Shown piece by piece: positions 17,482 through 27,122 of a DNA stretch of 64,000 nucleotides. This DNA comes from a virus: the UHGV virus genome UHGV-0038498, one strand, 5' to 3'. Each line of letters starts with the position of its first letter. Within the stretch, counting starts at the first letter, position 1. A program made the translations under genes and the position numbers. The notes beneath the pieces are model-generated. The model made no database searches and had not been told where the DNA came from. It saw only the letters and a program-made list of their open reading frames with translations.

Positions 17482-17955
17482 ATGTTATTGACTGGCAAAT
17501 TATACAAAGAAGAAAAACAAAAATTTTATAATGCACAAAATGGTAAATGCTTAATTTGCCAACGAGAACTAAATCCTGATGTTCAAGCTAATCACCTTGA
17601 CCATGACCATGAATTAAATGGACCAAAAGCAGGAAAGGTACGTGGATTGCTCTGTAATCTTTGCAATGCAGCGGAAGGTCAAATGAAGCACAAATTTAAT
17701 CGTTCTGGCTTAAAGGGACAAGGCGTTGATTATCTTGAATGGTTGGAAAATTTACTTACTTATTTAAAATCCGATTACACCCAAAATAATATTCACCCTA
17801 ACTTCGTTGGAGATAAATCAAAGGAATTTTCTCGTTTAGGAAAAGAGGAAATGATGGCTGAGATGCTTCAAAGAGGATTTGAATATAATGAATCTGACAC
17901 TAAAACACAATTAATAGCTTCATTTAAGAAGCAGCTTAGAAAGAGTTTAAAATGA
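17482..17955 (+). CDS. 49: endonuclease VII (Holliday junction resolvase)
   Basis: 157 aa, MLLTGKLYKEEKQKF...CNLCNAAEGQ matches T4 gp49; hairpin upstream. Confidence 0.93.
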   Translation: MLLTGKLYKEEKQKFYNAQNGKCLICQRELNPDVQANHLDHDHELNGPKAGKVRGLLCNLCNAAEGQMKHKFNRSGLKGQGVDYLEWLENLLTYLKSDYTQNNIHPNFVGDKSKEFSRLGKEEMMAEMLQRGFEYNESDTKTQLIASFKKQLRKSLK

Positions 17956-19769
17956 CAATTGAAAAAGAAATTGAAGGATTGATTCATAAAACTAATAAAG
18001 ACCTTTTAAACGAGAATGCTAATAAAGATTCTCGTGTTTTTCCAACTCAACGGGACCTTATGGCTGGTATTGTGTCTAAACACATTGCCAAAAATATGGT
18101 CCCGTCTTTTATTATGAAAGCGCATGAAAGCGGAATTATTCATTTCCATGATATTGATTATTCCCCTGCTCTTCCATTTACTAATTGCTGTTTAGTAGAT
18201 TTAAAAGGAATGCTTGAGAACGGATTTAAGCTCGGTAATGCACAGATTGAAACTCCTAAATCAATCGGCGTTGCTACTGCAATTATGGCACAAATTACTG
18301 CACAGGTTGCTTCTCATCAATATGGCGGAACGACTTTTGCGAATGTAGATAAAGTACTTTCTCCTTATGTTAAACGCACCTATGCAAAACATATTGAGGA
18401 TGCAGAAAAATGGCAAATCGCTGATGCGTTGAATTATGCCCAATCTAAAACAGAAAAAGACGTATACGATGCATTCCAAGCTTATGAATATGAAGTAAAT
18501 ACTCTCTTTAGTTCAAACGGACAAACGCCTTTTGTAACAATTACATTTGGTACGGGAACTGACTGGACTGAACGAATGATTCAGAAAGCAATTCTGAAAA
18601 ATCGTATTAAAGGCCTTGGTCGCGATGGGATAACTCCTATTTTCCCTAAACTTGTTATGTTCGTTGAAGAAGGCGTTAATCTTTATAAAGACGATCCGAA
18701 CTATGATATTAAGCAGCTTGCTCTAGAGTGCGCAAGCAAAAGAATGTATCCTGATATTATTTCAGTTAAGAATAATAAAGCTATCACGGGTTCATCTATT
18801 CCTGTTTCTCCAATGGGTTGCCGCAGTTTCTTGAGCGTATGGAAAGATTCGACTGGTAATGAAATTCTTGATGGACGTAATAATCTTGGCGTTGTAACAC
18901 TGAATCTTCCTCGCATTGCGTTAGATTCTTATATTGGAACACAATTCAATGAACAGAAATTTGCCGAATTGTTCAATGAACGAATGGATTTGTGTTTTGA
19001 AGCTTTAATGTGTAGAATTAGTTCCTTAAAAGGAGTTAAAGCGACTGTTGCTCCTATTCTTTACCAAGAAGGTGCATTCGGGGTTCGTCTTAAACCTGAT
19101 GACGACATAATTGAGTTATTTAAAAACGGTAGAAGTTCAGTGTCTTTAGGATACATTGGTATTCACGAATTGAATATTCTTGTCGGTCGTGATATTGGAC
19201 AGGAAATTTTAACTAAAATGAATGCTCGTCTTAAGCAGTGGACTGAAAGAACCGGTTTTGCTTTTAGCTTGTATTCTACACCTGCTGAAAACCTTTGTTA
19301 TCGCTTCTGTAAACTTGATACCGAAAAATATGGAAGTGTAAAGGATGTTACTGATAAAGGCTGGTACACTAACAGTTTCCACGTTTCAGTAGAAGAAAAT
19401 ATTACTCCGTTTGAAAAGATTTCTCGCGAAGCCCCGTATCATTTCATTGCGACAGGTGGTCACATTTCTTATGTTGAACTTCCTGATATGAAAAATAACT
19501 TAAAAGGTCTTGAGGCTGTATGGGATTATGCTGCACAACATTTAGATTATTTTGGTGTTAACATGCCAGTAGATAAATGTTTTACATGCGGAAGTACCCA
19601 TGAAATGACTCCTACTGAAAACGGATTTGTTTGTTCTATTTGTGGAGAAACTGATCCTAAAAAGATGAACACAATAAGAAGAACTTGTGGTTATTTGGGA
19701 AATCCGAACGAACGTGGATTTAATCTTGGCAAAAATAAAGAAATCATGCATAGGGTTAAACACCAATGA
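17952..19769 (+). CDS. nrdD: anaerobic ribonucleotide reductase large subunit
   Basis: 605 aa uninterrupted ORF; glycyl-radical motif RRTCGYLG near C-terminus. Confidence 0.93.
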   Translation: MTIEKEIEGLIHKTNKDLLNENANKDSRVFPTQRDLMAGIVSKHIAKNMVPSFIMKAHESGIIHFHDIDYSPALPFTNCCLVDLKGMLENGFKLGNAQIETPKSIGVATAIMAQITAQVASHQYGGTTFANVDKVLSPYVKRTYAKHIEDAEKWQIADALNYAQSKTEKDVYDAFQAYEYEVNTLFSSNGQTPFVTITFGTGTDWTERMIQKAILKNRIKGLGRDGITPIFPKLVMFVEEGVNLYKDDPNYDIKQLALECASKRMYPDIISVKNNKAITGSSIPVSPMGCRSFLSVWKDSTGNEILDGRNNLGVVTLNLPRIALDSYIGTQFNEQKFAELFNERMDLCFEALMCRISSLKGVKATVAPILYQEGAFGVRLKPDDDIIELFKNGRSSVSLGYIGIHELNILVGRDIGQEILTKMNARLKQWTERTGFAFSLYSTPAENLCYRFCKLDTEKYGSVKDVTDKGWYTNSFHVSVEENITPFEKISREAPYHFIATGGHISYVELPDMKNNLKGLEAVWDYAAQHLDYFGVNMPVDKCFTCGSTHEMTPTENGFVCSICGETDPKKMNTIRRTCGYLGNPNERGFNLGKNKEIMHRVKHQ

Positions 19770-20236
19770 ATTATGATAGATTTTATCCTTGCGATTTTGT
19801 GAATGGCCCTGGATGCAGGGTCGTTCTTTTCGTTACAGGTTGTTTGCATAAATGCGAAGGGTGTTATAATAAATCAACATGGAACGCTAGAAATGGCGTT
19901 CCATTCACTGGTGAAACACTAGAACAATTAATTGAATGTTTGAATAATGATTATATAGAAGGATTAACTATAACTGGAGGAGACCCTCTCTATCCTGATA
20001 ACCGAGATGTTATTCACTCTGTGGTTCAAACAGTAAAAAATCTTTATCCCAATAAAAGCATTTGGTTGTGGACAGGATATAAATTTGAAGATATTAAACA
20101 ACTAGAAATGCTTAAATATGTTGATGTTATTATTGATGGGAAGTATGAGAAAAATCTTCCTACCAAAAAGCTGTGGCGAGGATCAGATAATCAGCGACTT
20201 TGGTCAAATACCGATGGGGTGTGGAAACATGATTAA
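19766..20236 (+). CDS. nrdG: anaerobic RNR activase (radical SAM)
   Basis: 156 aa; CLHKCEGC cluster motif; ATGA overlap with nrdD. Confidence 0.9.
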   Translation: MNYDRFYPCDFVNGPGCRVVLFVTGCLHKCEGCYNKSTWNARNGVPFTGETLEQLIECLNNDYIEGLTITGGDPLYPDNRDVIHSVVQTVKNLYPNKSIWLWTGYKFEDIKQLEMLKYVDVIIDGKYEKNLPTKKLWRGSDNQRLWSNTDGVWKHD

Positions 20237-20351
20237 ATTGAATTATATTATGGACACTATAAATGATATGATTTTTCATTTTGGTCCAGAATTTTATTCG
20301 CAATATAGTTTAGTGCTTATCAATGCTTGGTTAATCAATTAAGGGTAAAAT

Positions 20352-20564
20352 ATGTATAAATTTCGTAAAGGTTTAGCTGATTTTCTTACAACAGTAACAT
20401 TCTTTTTGTTTATGGCAGTTGGAGCTATTTTCCTTATTCCTTTTATTGTTATATTTTTCGTGATTAGTTTGATTTCTCCAGAAAAAGGACTGTCTTCTAG
20501 CGAGTTCAATGAGCGTCTGGATAAAATTACTAATAAGCTGAATGCTGCTCTTAGTAAGGAATAG
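20352..20564 (+). CDS. small membrane protein (70 aa)
   Basis: Long hydrophobic stretch FFLFMAVGAIFLIPFIVIFFVISLI. Confidence 0.5.
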   Translation: MYKFRKGLADFLTTVTFFLFMAVGAIFLIPFIVIFFVISLISPEKGLSSSEFNERLDKITNKLNAALSKE

Positions 20565-20566
20565 TT

Positions 20567-20875
20567 GTGAAACAAAATAAGATTGAAGTCTATGGAATTC
20601 CAGATGAAGTAGGTCGTTGTCCTGGATGTCAATCAGTTACAAAACTTCTAAAGGAGCTCAATGCTCCTTTTACTTTCTATAAAGTTCTTACAAATAATGG
20701 TAAGATTGAGTATGATCGTCCACTGATTGTATCTCTTGCTAAACGCGCTGGATTCACATCTCTTAACATTCGTTATCCAGTCATTTTCATCAATGATTCT
20801 AGACAAAAGAACATTAAACACTTCAAAGAAACTCTCATTTCACTTGGATATGATAGAGATATCATAGAAGACTAA
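20567..20875 (+). CDS. nrdH: glutaredoxin-like protein NrdH
   Basis: 102 aa; CPGC active-site motif; GTG start; terminator follows. Confidence 0.75.
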   Translation: MKQNKIEVYGIPDEVGRCPGCQSVTKLLKELNAPFTFYKVLTNNGKIEYDRPLIVSLAKRAGFTSLNIRYPVIFINDSRQKNIKHFKETLISLGYDRDIIED

Positions 20876-20877
20876 GA

Positions 20878-20900
20878 CGGGCCCTCTGGGCCTTTCTTTC
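20878..20900 (+). terminator. intrinsic terminator
   Basis: GGGCCC-TCT-GGGCC then T-rich run. Confidence 0.6.
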
Positions 20901-20967
20901 TCGCATTCTGTATATTACCATTCTAAGCTATCGTTCTCTTCTTATCATTCCCTAAAATAATTTTCAC

Positions 20968-21008
20968 AAAGTTGTTTACAAGAAGTTCAAACTGTGGTAT
21001 TATTAACA
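20968..21008 (+). promoter_or_regulatory. T4-type early promoter
   Basis: GTTTACAAG...CTGTGGTATTAT. Confidence 0.55.
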
Positions 21009-21033
21009 TATGAATTGCCTTTGAGGATTTGAT

Positions 21034-21216
21034 ATGGTTGTGGTTGATAAAGAAATTAAAAAGGGACAATATTATTTTATTAATGGTAATGTTGTTCGTG
21101 TTACTTATGTAAACGGTTTTGAAGTTTATTATCTTATACTCAAGTTACATAAACAGATGATTTGTGATCGTGCCGTATTTAGTTCAGTTGCTAAGGAAAT
21201 TAAACTCCATGGGTAA
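21034..21216 (+). CDS. hypothetical protein (60 aa)
   Basis: First ORF after early promoter 20968-21008. Confidence 0.5.
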   Translation: MVVVDKEIKKGQYYFINGNVVRVTYVNGFEVYYLILKLHKQMICDRAVFSSVAKEIKLHG

Positions 21217-21502
21217 AACGTATCGTCGTAAAGACTTGAAAGTTCGTGATTATGACTATTTCGGAAAGCGTAAAGCTCCTGATGGTGTAAGTCATAAAGA
21301 TATGGTCGAAAACATTTTTCGCTCTGATAAATGGCGTAGAATGAAAGGCATCGATTCAGAAGTTAAAGATGAGCTAAATCGTCAATTACGTGGTGAAGTA
21401 AGAAAGTTGAAAAAATCAGTTTACATTGACGATGATTTTGATTACAATACTTCTCAACGAGTTGCTAAGCGTAAATCAAACGAGTGTTATCGTTATAGCT
21501 GA
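21209..21502 (+). CDS. hypothetical basic protein (97 aa)
   Basis: In-frame ATG of track ORF 21164; Lys/Arg-rich. Confidence 0.5.
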   Translation: MGKTYRRKDLKVRDYDYFGKRKAPDGVSHKDMVENIFRSDKWRRMKGIDSEVKDELNRQLRGEVRKLKKSVYIDDDFDYNTSQRVAKRKSNECYRYS

Positions 21503-21509
21503 GGAAAAT

Positions 21510-21641
21510 ATGAATATCAAACGCATGCTTTTTAAACAAGGATTATACACTTTAAATGTTGCTCCAAAAGGCGATACGACCAAGTGGTCAGTAAATGACT
21601 GGATTAAATTTATTGATGAAAATGGTAACTGGAAAATTTAA
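21510..21641 (+). CDS. hypothetical protein (43 aa)
   Basis: GAGGAAAA SD then ATG; hand-translated. Confidence 0.4.
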   Translation: MNIKRMLFKQGLYTLNVAPKGDTTKWSVNDWIKFIDENGNWKI

Positions 21642-21842
21642 ATGAATCCTGAATCTAAATTATCGCAACGAATTGCTGAAGCTCGTCGTCAGTTCTTTGA
21701 AAATATGATAGCCCAAGGTATTGATGACGAAGTTTTTCTAAACTGGTTTTGGAATCACAAATATTCAAAATGCGCAGGAGCAATATTAATATCAGCTGCA
21801 ATGATGTACGAAGGCTGGAAGGGTGCCAAAAAATTTAGCTAA
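21642..21842 (+). CDS. hypothetical protein (66 aa)
   Basis: ORF track; terminator overlaps stop. Confidence 0.5.
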   Translation: MNPESKLSQRIAEARRQFFENMIAQGIDDEVFLNWFWNHKYSKCAGAILISAAMMYEGWKGAKKFS

Positions 21843-21859
21843 GGGCTTCGGCCCTTTTG
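21842..21859 (+). terminator. intrinsic terminator, UUCG tetraloop
   Basis: GGGC-TTCG-GCCC then TTTT. Confidence 0.65.
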
Positions 21860-21893
21860 GATAATAAAATTTTAATGTAATTGAGGATAATGT

Positions 21894-22220
21894 ATGACTA
21901 TTCAAATTAAAAACGCCATCAATTCTTATGCATATGATAAAGTAGTTTCTTTGCTAGAAAAAGGTGATATTGTAACTCCTCAAATTTTGGATAAATGGGA
22001 AAAAGAGCTTCATCAGACGATGAAACAGAATGATCAGAAGATTGGGCGCAATACTGTCCGTGAATTGTTGGTTCAATATATCTTGTCAGAATTTGATGTT
22101 AAAGCTTTTGGCGTAGAATCTAAAGCTTATCAAAAGCATGAAATTTCCGATAAAACTATTCGTCGTATGAAAAATCAACGCAAGAAAAAATTTGCTGACC
22201 TGAAAATTGCTAAGGTATGA
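21894..22220 (+). CDS. hypothetical protein (108 aa)
   Basis: ORF track; GAGGA SD. Confidence 0.55.
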   Translation: MTIQIKNAINSYAYDKVVSLLEKGDIVTPQILDKWEKELHQTMKQNDQKIGRNTVRELLVQYILSEFDVKAFGVESKAYQKHEISDKTIRRMKNQRKKKFADLKIAKV

Positions 22221-22438
22221 ATATGAATGAAGCTCTTATTAACGATTTGCGTCTTGCCGGATATGAAGTAAATACAAATGGCATTGGTTTAACTCAAATT
22301 GAAGGAAATGGATTCATCCTTGAGTATGAATTTAGCCAATGGTGGTTATACGCTAATTATGGCGAATTGATTGAATACGTTGACCAGTTTGATTCGTTAG
22401 ATGCAGCTCTTGAAGCGGCTAAGTTGATGAATGTATGA
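22217..22438 (+). CDS. hypothetical protein (73 aa)
   Basis: ORF track; ATGA overlap. Confidence 0.5.
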   Translation: MNMNEALINDLRLAGYEVNTNGIGLTQIEGNGFILEYEFSQWWLYANYGELIEYVDQFDSLDAALEAAKLMNV

Positions 22439-22704
22439 AATTTATTAATATTTCTATTACTATTGAAAATTATGGAATTTTCTATGTTGACCAATACATG
22501 AAAATTTCATTTTTCCCAAATAAGACTGGTGTTGGATATTGGGAAAGCCATGTTTCTGAATTAAATGAAAGTGAATATGCTAGCACACATGAAAAGTTTT
22601 TAGACTTTTTATATCATGCTGATTTAACTAGTCATTATATAGATATTCATGAATTTAAAAAGATGATGGAGAAAGTATTCCAAGCATACTGCTTACTTAG
22701 ATAA
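22435..22704 (+). CDS. hypothetical protein (89 aa)
   Basis: ORF track. Confidence 0.5.
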   Translation: MKFINISITIENYGIFYVDQYMKISFFPNKTGVGYWESHVSELNESEYASTHEKFLDFLYHADLTSHYIDIHEFKKMMEKVFQAYCLLR

Positions 22705-22782
22705 CTGATATCCTCTATGCTTTAAGATAGATCTTCAAATATTATGATATAATAGATCTATGAATTGAGCTAAGAGGTGAAA

Positions 22783-23340
22783 ATGTCAGAAACTAAGCCT
22801 AAATATAATTACGTAAACAATAAAGAGCTTTTACAAGCTATTATTGATTGGAAAACAGAATTAGCAAATAATAAAGACCCAAATAAAGTAGTTCGTCAGA
22901 ATGATACTATCGGATTAGCCATTATGCTTATTGCAGAAGGCTTATCTAAACGTTTCAACTTTTCAGGATACACCCAATCCTGGAAACAAGAAATGATTGC
23001 AGATGGTATAGAAGCTTCTATTAAGGGGCTTCATAATTTTGATGAAACGAAATATAAAAACCCACATGCATATATAACTCAAGCTTGTTTTAATGCATTC
23101 GTCCAACGTATTAAAAAAGAACGTAAGGAAGTTGCAAAGAAATACAGTTACTTCGTTCACAATGTCTATGACAGTCGTGACGACGATATGGTTGCGTTAG
23201 TAGATGAAACTTTTATTCAAGACATCTACGATAAAATGACGCATTACGAAGAATCAACCTATAGAACACCGGGGGCTGAAAAGAAAAGTGTTGTAGACGA
23301 TTCTCCTAGTTTGGATTTTTTATATGAGGCTAACGATTAA
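22783..23340 (+). CDS. 55: late-transcription sigma factor gp55
   Basis: 185 aa from ATG 22783, [21 protein letters not shown] matches T4 gp55. Confidence 0.93.
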
Positions 23341-23542
23341 CCTCTCCGGATTCCTGGAAGAAATACCTGAAGTTGAAGCTATTCCCTATTTACTTAAAAT
23401 GTATCTCAGGGAAGTTTTAGCTCTTGACATTGATATTGATCCAGAAAATCCGTATGATACCGCTTTTAAATCTAATGGTGTAGAATTAAACTATCGGTAT
23501 CATTTAACAGATGATGATTTTTATTTTATATTAGAGAAATAA
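23324..23542 (+). CDS. hypothetical protein (72 aa)
   Basis: ORF track; overlaps end of gene 55. Confidence 0.5.
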
Positions 23543-23543
23543 T

Positions 23544-23861
23544 ATGACTGATAAACCCGAAATTAATGATGAAGTGGAAAAGCTTATTTCTTCTATTGAA
23601 GAAAAGAACCGTCTTGAAGCAGAAAGAAAAGCAAATAAGTTATTGTCTAAAAACAAACGCGAACTGAACCGTCTTTATAAGCACGCTCAGATTGCGGCTG
23701 AAAACAATAATTTTGCTCAATACGAATATGCTATCAAGAAAAGTCGGGATATTCTAAAACAGCCATATAACGATGAACTCATTAGTATTCTTTGGAAGAC
23801 TACTAGATCGCAGATTGAGGATATGATTGATGCTTACACACGTAAAATTCAAGCGTCTTAA
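23544..23861 (+). CDS. hypothetical protein (105 aa)
   Basis: ORF track. Confidence 0.5.
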   Translation: MTDKPEINDEVEKLISSIEEKNRLEAERKANKLLSKNKRELNRLYKHAQIAAENNNFAQYEYAIKKSRDILKQPYNDELISILWKTTRSQIEDMIDAYTRKIQAS

Positions 23862-24033
23862 AATTAATGCAGGATTTACTGAATCTTTGAATGGTCATCT
23901 TTGTGTGAAAATTTCTGAAAAAGAATACCATGATAGTTCAATTAAAGAAGTTAATCCTCCTATTGTAAGAGCAGACCCTAATATGAAAGTGTGGGTTGAT
24001 TCTTATCAAGTCAAAAAATGGTGGCAACTGTGA
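23830..24033 (+). CDS. hypothetical protein (67 aa)
   Basis: In-frame ATG of track ORF 23827. Confidence 0.4.
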   Translation: MLTHVKFKRLKINAGFTESLNGHLCVKISEKEYHDSSIKEVNPPIVRADPNMKVWVDSYQVKKWWQL

Positions 24034-24036
24034 AAG

Positions 24037-24210
24037 ATGAACATCCAGACTTGTGAAATAGATTATAATAAAATTCGTTCCTCTAAAGTAGAAATGATGA
24101 GGCGCTTTAAAGAGTCTCATGATAAAGCTAAAGCAGAAGGAACTATAACACATAAACGTATAAAATTTAGAAGCTCTAATGAGCCTCTGTATGGTGTATT
24201 ATGCGGATAG
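24037..24210 (+). CDS. hypothetical protein (57 aa)
   Basis: Hand-translated; hairpin follows stop. Confidence 0.35.
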   Translation: MNIQTCEIDYNKIRSSKVEMMRRFKESHDKAKAEGTITHKRIKFRSSNEPLYGVLCG

Positions 24211-24230
24211 GAGCTTCGGCTCCTATATTG
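24209..24230 (+). terminator. terminator-like hairpin, UUCG tetraloop
   Basis: AGGAGC-TTCG-GCTCCT; weak U-run. Confidence 0.5.
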
Positions 24231-24253
24231 CTTTATAAATTTTTGGTAAAATA
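24228..24253 (+). promoter_or_regulatory. putative MotA-dependent middle promoter (a-gt)
   Basis: MotA-box-like TTGCTTTA about 12 bp upstream of TAAAAT. Confidence 0.45.
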
Positions 24254-24276
24254 AACCAAAACAATGAGGATATTAA

Positions 24277-25479
24277 ATGAAAGTATGCATTTTTATGGCT
24301 CGAGGTCTTGAAGGTTGTGGCGTAACTAAATTTTCTCTTGAGCAACGTGATTGGTTTATTAAAAATGGTCATGAAGTAACTTTGGTTTATGCTAAAGATA
24401 AATCATTTACCCGTAATTGCGCGCATGATTATAAGTCATTTTCAATTCCGGTTTTATTGGCAAAAGAATACGATAAAACACTTAAGTTGGTAAATGATTG
24501 TGATATTCTAATTATCAATTCAGTTCCTGCTACTTCAGTCGAAGAAGACACTATTAATAACTATAAAAAAATTATTGATAACATTAAACCTTCGGTTCGT
24601 GTTGTAGTTTATCAACATGACCATTCTTCTCTTTCTTTGCGTCGAAATTTGGGATTAGAAGAAACTGTTCGCCGAGCTGATGTTATTTTTAGTCATTCTG
24701 ATAATGGTGATTTTAATAAAGTTCTGATGAAAGAATGGTATCCAGAAACTGTTTCACTGTTTGATGATATTGAAGAAGCACCGACCGTATACAACTTTCA
24801 GCCTCCTATGGATATTGCGAAGGTTCGATCAACCTACTGGAAAGATGTTTCTGAAATTAACATGAATGTCAACCGTTGGATTGGTCGTACGACTACATGG
24901 AAAGGTTTTTATCAGATGTTTGATTTTCACGAAAAACATCTTAAACCTGCAGGACTAAGTACTATTATGGAAGGTCTGGAACGTTCTCCAGCGTTCATTC
25001 CTATTAAAGAAAAAGGAATTCCATACGAGTATTATCGTCTTCATCAAGTAGACCAAATTAAAATTGCTCCTAATTTGCCAACGCAAATTCTCGACCGTTA
25101 TGTAAATAGCGAAATGCTTGAACGCATGAGTAAATCCGGATTTGGTTATCAGTTGAGTAAGTTGGACAAAAAATATCTACAACGTTCTTTAGAATATACT
25201 CATCTCGAGCTTGGCGCATGTGGAACAATTCCAGTATTTTGGAAATCTACTGGCGAAAATTTAAAATTCCGTGTTGATAATACTCCGTTAATTTCTCATG
25301 ATAGTGGTATCGTTTGGTTTGATGAAAATGACATGGAATCAACATTTGAGCGTATTAAAGAACTGTCATCTGACCGAGCTCTTTATGACCGTGAACGCGA
25401 AAAAGCTTATGAATTTTTGTATCAGCACCAAGATTCAAGCTTCTGCTTTAAAGAACAGTTTGACATTATTACAAAATAA
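24277..25479 (+). CDS. a-gt: DNA alpha-glucosyltransferase
   Basis: 400 aa, same length as T4 alpha-gt; MotA-box promoter upstream, terminator downstream. Confidence 0.9.
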   Translation: MKVCIFMARGLEGCGVTKFSLEQRDWFIKNGHEVTLVYAKDKSFTRNCAHDYKSFSIPVLLAKEYDKTLKLVNDCDILIINSVPATSVEEDTINNYKKIIDNIKPSVRVVVYQHDHSSLSLRRNLGLEETVRRADVIFSHSDNGDFNKVLMKEWYPETVSLFDDIEEAPTVYNFQPPMDIAKVRSTYWKDVSEINMNVNRWIGRTTTWKGFYQMFDFHEKHLKPAGLSTIMEGLERSPAFIPIKEKGIPYEYYRLHQVDQIKIAPNLPTQILDRYVNSEMLERMSKSGFGYQLSKLDKKYLQRSLEYTHLELGACGTIPVFWKSTGENLKFRVDNTPLISHDSGIVWFDENDMESTFERIKELSSDRALYDREREKAYEFLYQHQDSSFCFKEQFDIITK

Positions 25480-25496
25480 AGGGCTTCGGCCCTTTA
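25478..25496 (+). terminator. intrinsic terminator, UUCG tetraloop
   Basis: AAAGGGC-TTCG-GCCCTTT after a-gt stop. Confidence 0.65.
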
Positions 25497-25520
25497 GCTT
25501 TATACGGAGTTTGATATAAT
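25495..25520 (+). promoter_or_regulatory. putative middle promoter (gene 47)
   Basis: TAGCTTTA, 12 bp, TATAAT. Confidence 0.45.
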
Positions 25521-25659
25521 GATATTTCTTGGATATGTGATACTTTTTCTAGCGTTTTATCTATTCGCCAGAGCATGTTGGATTGGGTTCTTTAGCACTC
25601 CAGATGGATTTATTTCAATAATTTTATTTTGCATTTCAATGACGGTTCTTGATATATGA
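25519..25659 (+). CDS. small hydrophobic protein (46 aa), 47.1-like
   Basis: Hand-translated; ATGA overlap with gene 47. Confidence 0.4.
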   Translation: MIFLGYVILFLAFYLFARACWIGFFSTPDGFISIILFCISMTVLDI

Positions 25660-26675
25660 AAATTTTAAATTTAGGTGATTGGCATTTAGGTGTTAAAGCC
25701 GATGATGAGTGGGTTCAATCCATTCAGTTGGATGGAATTAAACAAGCAATAGAATATTCTAAGAAAAATGGAATTACTGTATGGATTCAATACGGCGATA
25801 TTTTTGATGTGCGAAAAGCAATCACGCATAAAACTATGGAGTTCGCTCGTGAAATAGTTCAAATGCTTGATGATGCTGGTATTACCCTACATACTGTCGT
25901 AGGAAACCATGATATGCACTTTAAAAATACTTTAACTCCAAATGCTTCTACTGAGCTTTTGGCTAAATATCCTAATGTTAAAGTATATGATAAGCCTACT
26001 ACAGTAGATTTTGACGGATGTTTGATTGATTTAATTCCTTGGATGTGTGAAGAAAATACTGGTGAAATTCTTGAACACATCAAAACTTCATCTGCTTCTT
26101 TTTGTGTTGGTCACTGGGAACTGAATGGATTTTATTTTTATAAAGGAATGAAATCTCACGGTCTTGAACCTGATTTCCTTAAGACTTATAAAGAGGTGTG
26201 GTCTGGTCACTTCCATACTATCTCTGAGGCTGCTAACGTCAGATATATTGGGACACCATGGACACTAACTGCGGGTGACGAGAATGACCCTCGTGGGTTC
26301 TGGATGTTTGATACAGAAACAGAACGAATGGAATTTATTCCAAACAACACTACCTGGCATCGTCGAATTCAATATCCATTTAAGGGAAAAATTGACTATA
26401 AAGATTTTACAAATCTATCAGTGCGTGTTATAGTAACTGAAGTAGACAAAAATCTAACGAAGTTCGAATCTGAACTAGAAAAAGTTGTGCATTCATTACG
26501 AGTTGTGTCAAAGATTGATAACTCAGTCGAGTCAGATGATAGTGAAGAAGTTGAAGTTCAATCTCTTCAGACGTTGATGGAAGAATACATTAATGCAATT
26601 CCAGACATCACTGATTCTGACCGCGAAGCACTTATTCAATATGCAAATCAGTTATATGTAGAGGCAACACAATGA
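25656..26675 (+). CDS. 47: recombination nuclease subunit gp47 (Mre11-like)
   Basis: 339 aa; GDWHLG and GNHD phosphoesterase motifs. Confidence 0.92.
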   Translation: MKILNLGDWHLGVKADDEWVQSIQLDGIKQAIEYSKKNGITVWIQYGDIFDVRKAITHKTMEFAREIVQMLDDAGITLHTVVGNHDMHFKNTLTPNASTELLAKYPNVKVYDKPTTVDFDGCLIDLIPWMCEENTGEILEHIKTSSASFCVGHWELNGFYFYKGMKSHGLEPDFLKTYKEVWSGHFHTISEAANVRYIGTPWTLTAGDENDPRGFWMFDTETERMEFIPNNTTWHRRIQYPFKGKIDYKDFTNLSVRVIVTEVDKNLTKFESELEKVVHSLRVVSKIDNSVESDDSEEVEVQSLQTLMEEYINAIPDITDSDREALIQYANQLYVEATQ

Positions 26676-26935
26676 CTTTTGATGAATTTAAAAATGTTAT
26701 GATGAGTCAGCATTTTGAATGCGAAGTAAAAGATGATATTGGGCATAAAGAAATTATTGAATACTGGTTTGAACCGCTAGAGGTTGAAGATAATTGTATT
26801 AAAAAGGTTACGGTCTGCACTGACTGGGCTGTATCTTTTAACTTCAACATTTTAGATAATGACACACCTAAATCATTACAAGATATGGCTGTATCTTGTA
26901 TTAAGGATGCATACTGTGAAGTTTTCGACATTTGA
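26672..26935 (+). CDS. hypothetical protein (87 aa)
   Basis: ORF track; ATGA overlap with gene 47. Confidence 0.5.
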   Translation: MTFDEFKNVMMSQHFECEVKDDIGHKEIIEYWFEPLEVEDNCIKKVTVCTDWAVSFNFNILDNDTPKSLQDMAVSCIKDAYCEVFDI

Positions 26936-27122
26936 CATTAACGATGAATTCGTAGCAAATATTGATTACACCGAAGAAGATTCTAGATATGTTGGAATAA
27001 TTTATATCACATCAAAAGCAGCGCAAGGTGTTGTTTGCATGGCTGAATTTGATGAATACTTTTTAGATTATGATGATATGATAGAATGGTCTAAAAGATA
27101 CATTAAAAGGAATCTTTTGTGA
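26907..27122 (+). CDS. hypothetical protein (about 71 aa)
   Basis: In-frame ATG of track ORF 26859; start uncertain. Confidence 0.4.
   Translation: MHTVKFSTFDINDEFVANIDYTEEDSRYVGIIYITSKAAQGVVCMAEFDEYFLDYDDMIEWSKRYIKRNLL

Noticed and set aside
17952-19769. Group I intron or intron-encoded endonuclease in nrdD
   Set aside because: ORF is continuous over 605 codons with intact C-terminal glycyl-radical motif; no interruption seen
20118-20342. 74-aa ORF overlapping the 3' end of nrdG in another frame
   Set aside because: Most of it overlaps nrdG; only a possible 37-codon ORF from ATG 20229 would be independent, and support is weak
24231-24238. TATAAAT as a late promoter upstream of a-gt
   Set aside because: Eighth base is T not A, and the sequence overlaps a better MotA-box/-10 arrangement; treated as part of the middle promoter
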